A DNA stretch of 64,000 nt from an uncultured Planctomycetota bacterium (lineage in GTDB: Bacteria; Planctomycetota; Planctomycetia; Isosphaerales; Isosphaeraceae): contig CAVTTN010000002.1 in the NCBI GenBank assembly GCA_963737655.1, forward strand, positions 1,504,001 to 1,568,000, read 5' to 3'. Numbering within the stretch: position 1 is the stretch's first letter; the number at the start of each line of letters is the position of its first letter. Made by a program: the position numbers and the translations under genes. Shown here in pieces: positions 1 through 12,500 of the stretch. The notes below the pieces were generated by a model that worked only from the letters and a program-made list of their open reading frames with translations, made no database searches and was not told the DNA's origin.

Positions 1-432
1 CCCATGAGGATGTTCCGGGATGGGGGGCGTCACCTTGCGAAACGGGTCACGAACCACGCAAACGCGGCGGATTGTCGGGTGGCGGCGGAGCGAGGTGAGG
101 CGAGGCGAGGCGAAAATCGCCGCCCATCCGCGTGGCCTCCCGCAGCTCGCTCTCGCGGACCTGAATCGGCTAGCCGTCGGCGAGGGCCCGCGTGACCATC
201 TTGGTAAGATTTTGACATAAGTATTATCTTGAATAGCATGGGGGCATCGCTGAAGGCATGGGGACATTCCTGCTCTGGAGAGAAGGTTCGGGTTCGGTAC
301 CGTCGAATGGCTTCGCGACGTCGCGAAGCCTGAGAAATAGGGCGTCTCCTGCGTTGAAATTGGCCGATGCATCCCCGAAACCGGACCGGTTCTCCAGAGC
401 ACTCTGGATCCTGACCCGTTTCGGCTCTTGAC

Positions 433-1290
433 TCAACTTGCCGGGGATTCCGCCACTTCCTCTCGATCCGCATGGCCGGGCTTGGCCGTCGGGAACATCG
501 GGTAGACCAGTTGATCGACCAGCGCCTCCGGCACCTGGGCCTTGATCCCGTAGTCCTTGGGCCATTCCCCGGGGAGGTAGAGCGACCCGAAGAGGCCGTC
601 GAGCCAGGGGAAGTTGGACGAATAGTTCCGGTTGATCGGGCCGGATTTCGTGTGGTGCCAGTGGTGGAACGCGGGGGTGGCGACCAGCCATTCCAGGGGC
701 CCGAACCGACATCTCAGGTTCGAATGGATGAAGAACCCCCAGGACGTGCCGATCAGGGTGACCGCCACCGGCACCACGGTCCCTTCCAGCCTCGACGGTC
801 CGCCCAGGCCCAGGAGGTAGATCGGCACCAGCCCGCAGAACCGGCCGAAGACCAGATCCAGGGGGTGGGCCCGGGTGTGGACGAGGAAGTCCATCTCCTC
901 GGCGCTGTGGTGGATCGCGTGGAACCGCCAGAGCCACGGGACCTCGTGGCTCCAGCGATGGCCCCAGTAATAGCCCACCTCCCCCGCCACCAGGCCGCCG
1001 ATCATCCTCGCTCCCAGGGGCCACGCGGCCGTCGCCTCCAGGAACCCCGCCGGGACCACGCGATGGACGGCCCACGCAACCGCGGAGATCGGCACGCCCA
1101 GCAGCAGGGCGGGCAAGAGGCTATTGAGGAAGTAATAGCCCAGATCGGTGAGAATTCCCCGGCGCCAGACTTTCTTGGGGTGGACGGCCAGGAGCCGCTC
1201 CAGAGGGACGAACACCGCGACCAGGCCGATCAGCCACAAGGATAGCCGGAACAGGTCGATCCAGAGCGGCGACATCGTCGGGCCCCTCAT
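433..1290 (-). CDS. Sterol desaturase / fatty acid hydroxylase family membrane protein
   Basis: His boxes HRWSH, HAIHH, FIH and HHWHH with hydrophobic segments and the C-terminal NY..(F)PWLD.LFGS motif. Start is ATG 1290 or 1275. Confidence 0.9.
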   Translation of the reverse strand: MRGPTMSPLWIDLFRLSLWLIGLVAVFVPLERLLAVHPKKVWRRGILTDLGYYFLNSLLPALLLGVPISAVAWAVHRVVPAGFLEATAAWPLGARMIGGLVAGEVGYYWGHRWSHEVPWLWRFHAIHHSAEEMDFLVHTRAHPLDLVFGRFCGLVPIYLLGLGGPSRLEGTVVPVAVTLIGTSWGFFIHSNLRCRFGPLEWLVATPAFHHWHHTKSGPINRNYSSNFPWLDGLFGSLYLPGEWPKDYGIKAQVPEALVDQLVYPMFPTAKPGHADREEVAESPAS

Positions 1291-1387
1291 CGCATTCGTC
1301 CCGCCCGGCGGACGCCTCGGGGGTCGAGGCCGGGCGGGCCATCCCTCCTCGATCGCCAATCGAACCGATCTTGAGAATCGGCCAGGA

Positions 1388-2206
1388 TCAGGCCGACGTC
1401 GCCTTGTTCCGGGCCTTCAGCCGGCGGGCCGCGCCCACGCCGAACAGGCCCACCGCCACCAGCGACAGCGTGGCCGGCTCCGGCACGGCGTTGAGCTTCA
1501 CGCCGTCCAGGAGGAGGAACGGGGGACCACCGTAGGGGCCGCCCTCGGTCGCCAGGAAGGAGAGGACGTCGCTGGAGTTGTCCGCCGTGAACGTCATCGT
1601 CGCGGTCATCCACGGGACGAACCCGCCCGGCGAGGGCAGTTGCACCATCGTGGTCGATTGGGTCTGCCCGCCGAAGCTGACCTGCCATTGCGCCGTCGGA
1701 GTGCCCCCGGCCCCCGCTTGCTGGGCCAGGGCCCAGTAGAAGGTGAGCTCGTAACTGTGGCCGGTGGTCAGGCCGTGGACGGTCTGTTCAATCACCCCGT
1801 TGTACCGCGTATCGCCGTCGGCGCCGACGAACTGGCCGCCGTCGGGGCTGGCCGTCAGCCCGTTATTGAAGCCATTGCCCGGGCCCCGACACGCGATCCC
1901 GCCGTTGTACCCGACCACGCCGGTCGAGCTGGCCGTCGCCGGCGCGAACACGAAATTGTAGCCAGTCGAGGCCGTGTAATCCGTGTCGGGCGACGACCAG
2001 CCGGTGGCCACCGTGTTGTACCCGAGCTGGCCGATGCCTCCACTTCCCGGGAGGCCCGGATCGCTGTTCGGGTAGTTCGGCGGGGTGACGTTCGAGGTGT
2101 CCTCGAAACTCCCGTTGACGATCAGGTCCGCCCGGACGACGCCCATCGAACCCATCGTCAGCCCGAGGGCGAAGACCGCGATCATGGCCAGTGTTTTGCG
2201 GGTCAT
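1388..2206 (-). CDS. PEP-CTERM sorting domain protein (beta-sandwich, DUF642-like)
   Basis: Signal peptide, mature start LIVNGSFE, C-terminal VPEPATLSLVAVGLFGVGAARR (PEP + TM helix + basic tail). Confidence 0.9.
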   Translation of the reverse strand: MTRKTLAMIAVFALGLTMGSMGVVRADLIVNGSFEDTSNVTPPNYPNSDPGLPGSGGIGQLGYNTVATGWSSPDTDYTASTGYNFVFAPATASSTGVVGYNGGIACRGPGNGFNNGLTASPDGGQFVGADGDTRYNGVIEQTVHGLTTGHSYELTFYWALAQQAGAGGTPTAQWQVSFGGQTQSTTMVQLPSPGGFVPWMTATMTFTADNSSDVLSFLATEGGPYGGPPFLLLDGVKLNAVPEPATLSLVAVGLFGVGAARRLKARNKATSA

Positions 2207-2539
2207 GGAAGCTCCTTGAGGAATCCCGGGTGCAGGCGATCCGCATCTCTTCGAGGATCGGGAACGCGATCCGTCCGCCCCCGCGCGCTCGGTCCCTCAT
2301 CTCCTCAACCCGGAGGATCGTCAGGGCCACCGATCGCCAGACGGACCAGACCATCGCTCTTCAGGGTAAGGAAGCCGCGATCGGAACCTGACTCCCACCC
2401 CAAGAAAATTCGGTGGCAAGGAATCACAATGGAAATGGGGACAACCCTGAATGGCATGGGACCGGGAATGGTTGGGAATGGTGAAATTGAAATGAATTCA
2501 TCTATAAAAAATGTGCGAAAATATGGTTTTTCTTGAGAT

Positions 2540-2555
2540 GTGATAACGTGATCAC
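2540..2555. promoter_or_regulatory. Palindrome GTGAT-N6-ATCAC in AT-rich divergent promoter region
   Basis: gtgataacgtgatcac lies in the AT-rich spacer between the divergent PEP-CTERM and DUF1501 genes; function is not demonstrated. Confidence 0.3.
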
Positions 2556-2724
2556 TGAACAGGGATGGCCCCTCCACTTCTCTTTGCGGGGATTCGCGAA
2601 ACGGCGTGGCATGATCCTCCGCGACGAGTCTTCTCCAACAAAAGCTTGATCTTGCCGCCTGTCCCTGCAAGACTGTCGGTGGCAGGGCCGAGATGGCGAG
2701 GCTCAACGGGGAAGGGGCGGCGGG

Positions 2725-4106
2725 ATGAATTCAGCGATGGTCTGCCGCGGGCCGGCCCCCGTCTCGCGTCGGCGAGTGCTCCAGGTCGGCGGGATCGGCC
2801 TGTGGGGCCTGGGCTTGCCCGCTTTGTTGAGGGCCGACGAGGCGAGGAGATCGGCCGCGACCGCTTCGGCCTCGTCCTCGGCCGACGCCTGCATCCTGGT
2901 GTTCCTCAACGGCGGGCCGAGCCAGCTCGACACCTGGGACATGAAGCCGAATGCCCCCGAGGCGATCCGCGGCGAATTCAAGCCGATCGCCACGAGCGTG
3001 CCGGGGCTCCAGTATTGCGAGCACTTGCCGAGGTTCGCGAGGCTCGCGCACCTGGGGACGACCCTCCGATCGGCCCACCACGGCGTGAACGTCTCGCACG
3101 CGGCGGCCGTGTATTGCGGGCTCACCGGGCACGACCGTGGCGAGCGGGGCGGGGGGTTCAAGCCGACCGACAACCCGGCGATCGGCGCGGTGGTGGGCAT
3201 GATGCGGCCTCCGCAGAGGGCGGCCGTCCCTTACGTCGCCCTGCCCTACTGGACGGCCGAAGGCGCGGGCGGGCCGCCGCAGCCGGGCTTCACGGGCGGC
3301 TGGCTCGGCCGGTCGCGCGATCCCCTGTGGGTCCTGAGGGACCCCAACGCCGAAGGCTTCGGGCTGCCGGAGCTGAGCCTGCCCCCCGGGATCGACCGGG
3401 AGCGATCCGCCCGCCGCCGGAGGCTCATCGGCGAGCTCGCGGCGTCCCCGGGCGCGACGGCCGGCGATCAGCGCTGCGCGACATGGATACCTTCCAGGCC
3501 CGGGCGTTCGACCTGCTCAACGCGCCCGCGACCCGGGCGGCCTTCGATCTCGGACGCGAGGACCCCCGGGTCCGCGACCGCTACGGGCGGAACATCTACG
3601 GCCAGAGCATCCTGCTGGCCCGGAGGCTGATCGAGGCCGGCACCCGCGTGGCCTGCGTCTCGTGGGCCCCCGACGCCAACGCGACCTGGGACACCCACGG
3701 CCAGAACTTCCCGAAGCTCCGGGACGTCCTCCTCCCTCAGCTCGACGCCGCCATCCCGAGCCTCCTGGAAGACCTCGCCGACCGCGGAATGCTGGAGAGG
3801 ACGCTCGTCGTGGTGATGGGCGAGTTCGGCCGCAGCCCGAGGATCAATGGCACGGCCGGCCGCGAGCACTGGAGCCTCGGCTACAGCCTGTTCCTGGCCG
3901 GAGGCGGGATCAAGGCCGGCCACGTCTTCGGGGCGAGCGACAAGATCGCCGCGCACCCGGCCCTCGACCCCGTGACGCCGGCCGAGATCATCGCCACGAT
4001 CTACCACTGCCTGGGCATCGCGCCCGATCACGAGCTGCACGACCAGCTCGGTCGCCCGCTCGCGGTCGTCCCCGGCGGCAAGCCGATCCGAGCGATCCTG
4101 GCCTGA
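2725..4106 (+). CDS. DUF1501 domain protein, split by one frameshift near 3470 (probably assembly error)
   Basis: The N-half (ORF 2725-3630) has SRRRVLQVG and FLNGGPSQLDTWDMKP. The C-half (frame of ORF 2565-4106) has RDRYGRN, ARRLIEAG, WDTH and GEFGRSP. These are DUF1501 hallmarks. Confidence 0.88.
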
Positions 4107-4419
4107 GAATTCCGTCAAGACCCGGGGCGGTAAGGGTGTCGGCCGACATGCCGCCATCCCGACGGAACCCGAACCGATGAAAATGAACGAGATCGCACGC
4201 AGGTGAACGATTTGCCGCTGTTTTCAGGGCAGTTCATGTTTTCCCCTTGAAAATATGACCCGGCGCCCTCGACAGCTTGTCAAACGCCCGCGCGTCGATC
4301 AGGCCGCCCGTTCGTCGGCGACCGTTGCATTGCAATCGAAGGGCTTTTTCTCTAGAATGAGGAGGAGAAACCACTTGTGGCATTGGCACCTTTAGGAAAA
4401 TGAAGAGGCCGGTACTCGA

Positions 4420-5142
4420 ATGGGACGCATCTTCGAGAAGCGCAAAGAGTCGATCTTCAAAACCGCCGACCAGAAATCCAAGCTCTTTTCCAAATATGGA
4501 AGACAATTGTACATGGCCGCCAAGAATGGCGTGCCCGACCCGGAAGCCAATTCGGCTCTGCGCAGCGTGATCGAACGGGCCAAGCGAGATAACGTCGCGA
4601 GCCATGTGATCGAGAAGGCGATCCAGAAGGCGGCGGGCACGGGCGGCGAGGATTTCCAGGCCGCGCGTTATGAGGGGTTCGGTCCCGGCGGATCCTTACT
4701 CATCGTCGAATGCTTGACCGACAACCCGACACGCACCATCTCCGATGTCCGCGGTTGCTTCTACAAGACCGGGTCCAAGCTGGCCGCCAATGGATCCGTC
4801 GCGATGTCCTTCGATCACCTGGCGGTCCTCTCGTTCCGTGGTGATGACGAGGAGAAGGTCCTCGAGGCGATGTTCGCCGCGGACGTTGCCGTCGAAGAGA
4901 TCGAACGCGAGGATGGGACCATCACCGTCTTCGCCCCCCCCGTCGAGTTCTTCAAAGCGAAGACGGCCTTGCTCGCGGCCTCCCCCGGCCTGGAGCTGGA
5001 AATCCAGGACATCCGATTCATCCCGCAGGCGAGCAAGACTCTCGGCGGGGAGGATCTGGGCGTGTTTCAAAAATTGGTGGACATGCTCAACGATTGCGAC
5101 GACGTGCAGGAGATCTACCACAATATTGCCCTTCCGGGCTGA
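4420..5142 (+). CDS. yebC: YebC/PmpR family protein
   Basis: 240 aa with YEGFGPGG, VECLTDNPTRT and DDVQEIYHN motifs. Confidence 0.93.
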   Translation: MGRIFEKRKESIFKTADQKSKLFSKYGRQLYMAAKNGVPDPEANSALRSVIERAKRDNVASHVIEKAIQKAAGTGGEDFQAARYEGFGPGGSLLIVECLTDNPTRTISDVRGCFYKTGSKLAANGSVAMSFDHLAVLSFRGDDEEKVLEAMFAADVAVEEIEREDGTITVFAPPVEFFKAKTALLAASPGLELEIQDIRFIPQASKTLGGEDLGVFQKLVDMLNDCDDVQEIYHNIALPG

Positions 5143-5229
5143 CTCATTGGGCGAAGCGCCGCCCGCGACCATCGGTGTCCGAACACTGCGTCGCCCCGCC
5201 CCGCCCCAGTCGGTTGGAGGCCTGTCCTG

Positions 5230-5697
5230 ATGGACCATGCGGACGCGCGCGACGGCGGAGACGAGGCCCCGAAACCTCAAGCCGCACCGATCCTCTCGGC
5301 CGATGAGCTGCATTCGGTGGTGTTCATCATCCGGTGTGCGAGGGCGATCGGGGTTCTTCAGCGAATCGTGCCCGGAAAGTACCTGCCGCCGCCCGAGGAC
5401 AGGGTCCCGCCGGAATTGCTCCATCGGCTCATCCACGAGCTGAAGACGCTCGTTCCGAAGTGGCGATGGACACGATCGGCGGGAACGCTTCCCCGCTCGC
5501 CCGCCAGGCTCGGGGACGAGTTCTTCTACGCGATCACGGCCCTGCGCACGAGCCGTCTCGAGCTCTGGCGGGCCGGCTCCAAGGATTGCGTCGCCGCGCT
5601 GGACGATGCCTACTCGCTCCTGTTCTCGATCGGGGCACGGGCCCAGGAGAGGAGACGACGCTCCAAGTCGCAGAAGGCGGATCGGCAGGGGGAGTGA
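5230..5697 (+). CDS. Hypothetical protein
   Basis: 155-aa ORF with ATG start and plausible helical composition; no family recognised. Confidence 0.45.
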   Translation: MDHADARDGGDEAPKPQAAPILSADELHSVVFIIRCARAIGVLQRIVPGKYLPPPEDRVPPELLHRLIHELKTLVPKWRWTRSAGTLPRSPARLGDEFFYAITALRTSRLELWRAGSKDCVAALDDAYSLLFSIGARAQERRRRSKSQKADRQGE

Positions 5698-5858
5698 GGC
5701 CCCGGCTCACGGGGAGCCAGGTCGGCCGAGCCCTATTTTGCTCTGTTGAAAGCCTTCGGTATCGGCCGGAACACTGGTCGAGTACGACCAGTGCCACCCG
5801 CCGGACAGGCTCGACCACTCACGGGGCCCGCCGCCGTAGATGTCCCCAAGGTTAAGCA

Positions 5859-6854
5859 TTAAGAAGTATTTTCAAAATAACGTTTAGATTTTTTATAAAG
5901 ATTCAGGCGTCGAAATCCTTCGTCGCGCTCATCTTGATGTTCATCGAGCTTGTTCGCCTTCTCCTGCACTTCGACCGCCCGAGCAAAGTTGCCCGCCGCG
6001 GCGTGGGCGGCGGCGAGCGTGGCGAGGCAGACGGCGTCCTTCTCCTCGCTGTGCTCGCAGGCCAGTGAGGCCGACTCGACCGCCTTCTTGACGTCGCGGA
6101 ACTTCGGATCGGGACAAGTTGCCAGTATCCAGGCTCGCTCCTCCAGCGCTCGGACACACCCGGGATTCATCCGAAGGGACTGGTCGAAATCGGCGATGGC
6201 CTTGCCATACTTCCCCTTGGCTTGCCAGACGACACCTCGTCGGTAGTAGTCCTCATACGCAGTCACGAACGTTTCAAGCCGAATGGCTTCGGTGAAATCA
6301 GCAATGGCCTGATCATACTCCCCTCTTTCATACAGGAAGCACCCGCGCGTGCTGAAAGCCAGAGGGAATGCCGTGGAGAGACAGACAGCCTCGTCGAAGT
6401 CCATCCGGGCCTTGTCGTGCTCCCCCTTCTGATGTCGGGCGTGAGCTCGGTTGAGTAAGTTTCCGACGTCACGAGGAGAGAGCCGGAGCGCTGCTGTAAA
6501 ATCGGCGATGGCCTTGTCGTAGGCGCCCTTTTCTGTCCATATCAACCCGCGCTGGGTGAACGCTTTGAGGTACTTCGGATGGAGCCGAATGGCCTCGGTG
6601 AGGTCAACGATGGCCTTATCGTTCTCATCGCGAAAGTGCCAGAGTATTCCTCGATCGAAGAATTCGCTAGCGTTCGTGGGTGTCATCCGTCTGGGATCGA
6701 TGTCATCTCTCACGACGCTTCCCTGACGGGCGTCCTGAGCCAAGGCGGTCACGCAGAGGACAACTCCCAGGATGAGGGCGAGGCGCCAGGCGACGTGAGC
6801 GCTTCGAACTCGCATAAATCGAATCCTCGACGAGGGGCGATCATCAGTAGGCAC
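5859..6854 (-). CDS. Exported tetratricopeptide repeat protein
   Basis: Repeated YDKAIADF.EAIRL units, the planctomycete-type C-terminal AWILATCPD..RD..KAVE.A..ACE motif and an N-terminal signal/TM segment. Start could be 6815. Confidence 0.88.
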   Translation of the reverse strand: MPTDDRPSSRIRFMRVRSAHVAWRLALILGVVLCVTALAQDARQGSVVRDDIDPRRMTPTNASEFFDRGILWHFRDENDKAIVDLTEAIRLHPKYLKAFTQRGLIWTEKGAYDKAIADFTAALRLSPRDVGNLLNRAHARHQKGEHDKARMDFDEAVCLSTAFPLAFSTRGCFLYERGEYDQAIADFTEAIRLETFVTAYEDYYRRGVVWQAKGKYGKAIADFDQSLRMNPGCVRALEERAWILATCPDPKFRDVKKAVESASLACEHSEEKDAVCLATLAAAHAAAGNFARAVEVQEKANKLDEHQDERDEGFRRLNLYKKSKRYFENTS

Positions 6855-7003
6855 GTCCTACGAGCCATCTTAATGCATGACGTGTAGTCTGCTAAGACAA
6901 TCTATCTACGAACGCGACTCCGGAGTCGTGTCCTGACGCAGGAATGGGGACGCGCAAGAATGAGGACGTCCCTTCCCTGTAGAAAACCCGTCCGACGAGG
7001 TCG

Positions 7004-7082
7004 ATCGAGTCGGTCCGACTTCAGTCGGGCCTACAAGCGTTGTCTCGGCTTGTAGGCCCGACTGAAGTCGGACCGACTCGAT
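7004..7082. repeat. Perfect 35-bp inverted repeat, REP doublet (REPIN-like)
   Basis: 7004-7038 and 7048-7082 are exact reverse complements around a 9-nt loop. Each arm has GTAG followed by the internal palindrome CCGAC-TGAA-GTCGG. Confidence 0.85.
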
Positions 7083-7335
7083 TCCCTTCCATCACCGGGG
7101 TTTTCTAGAGAACAAAATGTCCCTGAATATTGCCGTAATTTGGGGGATTTGATGAGATGTGAAATAAGAATCAAATTAAATAACAAATATAACTTGTAAG
7201 TTTCAACAATTCTTCCTCCTCAAGGCTTGCCGGCCTTCCCCGGCCCGAGACCTGACCCCGTTGGTACATCGTTTGCCGCACAATCCCGGTCCCGGGATTC
7301 CCGCCCACCTTGATGACTGCGACTGGGGTATCACG

Positions 7336-9453
<2,118 letters not shown>

Positions 9454-9481
9454 GCCGTCGGCGAGCCAGACTCTCAGGACG

Positions 9482-9584
9482 TTCACCACCGAGGCACGAA
9501 GAGCGCGGAGGAAGACACGAAGAAGGCGGGGAGTCCCGGTCGTCTTCGTGTCTTCCTCCGCGCTCTTCGTGCCTTGGCGGTGAA
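9482..9584. repeat. 42-bp inverted repeat between convergent katE and kinase stops (REP/MITE-like, possible bidirectional terminator)
   Basis: Arms 9482-9523 and 9543-9584 are complementary except at 2 positions (one is G-U), with a 19-nt loop. Confidence 0.8.
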
Positions 9585-12500
9585 TCAGGGCGTTCTGGAA
9601 GAGGGCCGGTTTTTCCAGCGGTCGAGCCATTCGGAGGCGGAGAGGTTGGCCATCCCTCCCCCGTCGTGGAGCCTTCGCCCGGCGAGGAGCTCGGCCCATC
9701 GGCGGAGCGTCTCGGGATCGTCGGCGGTCCGGTCCAGGGCGGCGAGGTCGATCACGGTGATCAGGTGGTGGAACCCGCCGACGGCCGCGTGCTTGCCGTC
9801 CCGCGTGATGACGAGGTCCATCGCGGCCCCTCCGACGTTCAGAGGAGGGGTCAGGGGCTTGCCGGTCCGCCAGTCCCAGGCCCGGACGATCCCGTCGGCG
9901 CTGGCCGAGAGGACCCAGAGGCCGTCCGGGGTGAAGGCGGCGGCGCTGACCTCCTCGGCGTGCTCGAACGGGGGGCAGGCGAGCTGTCCGGCCTTCCAGT
10001 CCCAGACCCGGACCGCCCGATCCCGGCAGGCCGTGACGAGCCATCGGCCGTCGGGGCTGAAGCGGGCGGTGTAAACCATGTCCGGGTGGTCGGGCACGGC
10101 GGAGACCACGGCCCCCGAGGCGAAGTCCCAGACCCGGACCGAGCGATCGTACGAGGCGGTCGCCAGGAGCCGGCCATCGGGCGAGAACTGGGCGTCGTGG
10201 CATTTATCGCGATGAGTGAACGGCGGGCGGGCGGGGCGTCCCGAGTCGGCCTCCCAGACCCGGAGGTCGTTGCCCATCCCCCAGGTCAGGACGCTCCGGC
10301 CGTCGGGGCTGAAGCCGACCCGGCCGTTGTTGAACCAGTGGTGGGCCGGCTCGGGGTCGTGGGCCTGCCAACGGCGGACTTCCCGGCCGGTCTCGGCGTC
10401 GAGCAGGACGAGCTCGCCCCCTCCGCACAGGACGGCCAGTCGTCGGCCGTCCGGGCGATAGGCGAGGCCGCGGGGCTCCGAAGGCAGGGGCGTCCGCCAG
10501 AGCCTCTGGCCGATCGCCGAGTCCCAGGCCGAGACTCCCGGGGCCTCGGTCGACGGTGGGGCGGACAGGTCCACCAGGGCGACCCGGCTCCCGTCGGGCG
10601 AGAACTCCGAGCCGACGATCGGGCCCCCGGGGGCCAGGGAGGGGCCGACCGGCTTCCCGGTCGCCACGTCGAAGACCCGGGCGCTCCGGACGTTCCGGGT
10701 GTTGGCGAACGTCATCCCCGCCGAGATGGCCCGGGAGCCGTCGGGGCTCAGGGAGACGAACGAGTCGGACCGGTCCACGGGAACCCGGGTCATCGGCAGC
10801 CCCTCCTCGGGCAGGGCCCAGAGCCGGACCAGGTCGAAATCCTGGGTCGCCAGCGATCCCCCTCCGGGCGCGAAGGCGACGAGGTGGACGGTCCGATGGA
10901 GGTCCCAGGGCCGGCCCAGGGGGCGGCCGTCGGGGACCGACCAGAGCCGGGCCATCCCGTCGGTCGCGCCGGTCGCCAACCTTTGGCCGTCGGGGCTGAA
11001 GGCCGCCGAGGCCACCGTGTTCTTGTGGCCGAGATCGGGGCCCACCTGTCGGCCGGTGGAGACCTCGACGAGCCGGACCTGGGTCCCCTGGACCCCGAAG
11101 ACGGCCAGAAAGCGGCCGTCGGGGCTGGCCCCGACCCAGGCCAGGGTCCCTCTCCAGTCGGCGAGGGGCTGGGCTCGGACTTCCTCGCCGGTCTCCGAGT
11201 TTCTCCACGACAAGCCCGCCCCGGCCCCGTGGGTGATCACGACCCGGCCGCCCTCGACGAACAGGGGAGGGGAGCGGAACTCGCGATACCACGGGTTCCC
11301 CACCTCGTATCGATGGGGGACCGGCGGCCAGAGAGGCCCGTCGGGACCGCCGGTCACGGCGAAGACCCGGGCCTTCTGGTCCCGGCATCCGGTGGCCAGG
11401 AACCGGCCGTCGGGCGACAGCGAGAGCGAGGTCACCCCCTCCGGATGAGGCAGCTCCGACGAGGCGAAGGCGCGGGCTCCGACGTCCCAGACCCGGGCCG
11501 TCTTCCCCGAAGAGATCGCCAGGAACCGGCCGTCATCGCTGAAGGCCAGGAGGCCGACACGCCCGGCGAACTCGATCCTCTGGGCCGGGCCGCCCTCCGG
11601 GAACGGGGCGATGGTCACGCCGGCTTCGGGGCCGGCGAACGCCAGAGACGAGCCGTCGGGCGCCCAGGCCGCCGCCGGGACGGCCTCCACGCTTCCTCCG
11701 GGGAACGCCAGCGCACGCTCCTTCTGCAGGTCCCAGAGAGAGAACCGGGACTCCCCGGCCCGGCCTTCGACCACGGACTCGGCGATCAGGTGCCGCCCCC
11801 CCGGGTGGAACCGGAGCCCCTCGGGCCGGGCCCCCTGGGCGACCACGGCGGCCAGCGGCCGAGGTGCCCCTCGGCCCCAGGACCGGGCCCGGATCGCGTT
11901 GGCCCGTCGGCGGTCGGGGTCGGCCTCGGCCCTCTTCGCGGCGTTGGCGAACCAGAGGGCCGCCCCGGAGGCGTCCCCCTGATTCCCGGCGGAGACGCCT
12001 CCGGTGGTGTACATGTCCACCAGGACCGTCTCGGTCTCCCGCCGCGCCCTGGCCTCCTCGGCGGCATGGCGGGAGGCCAGGTCGCGGGCCTCGACCGCCT
12101 GGTCCCACGCCCAGAGAATCCCCGAGAGGCCCAGGGCGGCCACCGCGATCACCGCCGCCGTCAGCAAGGCCGGCGCGGGGTGACGACGACACCACCGCCA
12201 CGACCGCTCGGCCGGCCCCACCGGGCGAGCCACGATCGATTCTCCGCCGAGGAACCGCTGGAGGTCCTCGGCGAGGGTCGAGGCCGAGTCGTACCGCTTC
12301 CCGGGCTCCTTCTGCAAGCATTTCAGGACGATCGTCTCGATGTCTCGGGGCAACCGAGGCACCAGCCGGCCCGGCGGCACCGGCTCGGCCGTCCTCACCT
12401 GTTCGAGCGTCTCCAGGATCGTGGTCCCTCGGAACGGAGGGCGGCCGGTCAGGAGCTCGTAGAGGATCGCGCCCAGGGCGTACACGTCGGCGGGCAGCCC

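Noticed and set aside
88..113. Short GAGGC pentamer run
   Set aside because: Too short and low in complexity to support a function.
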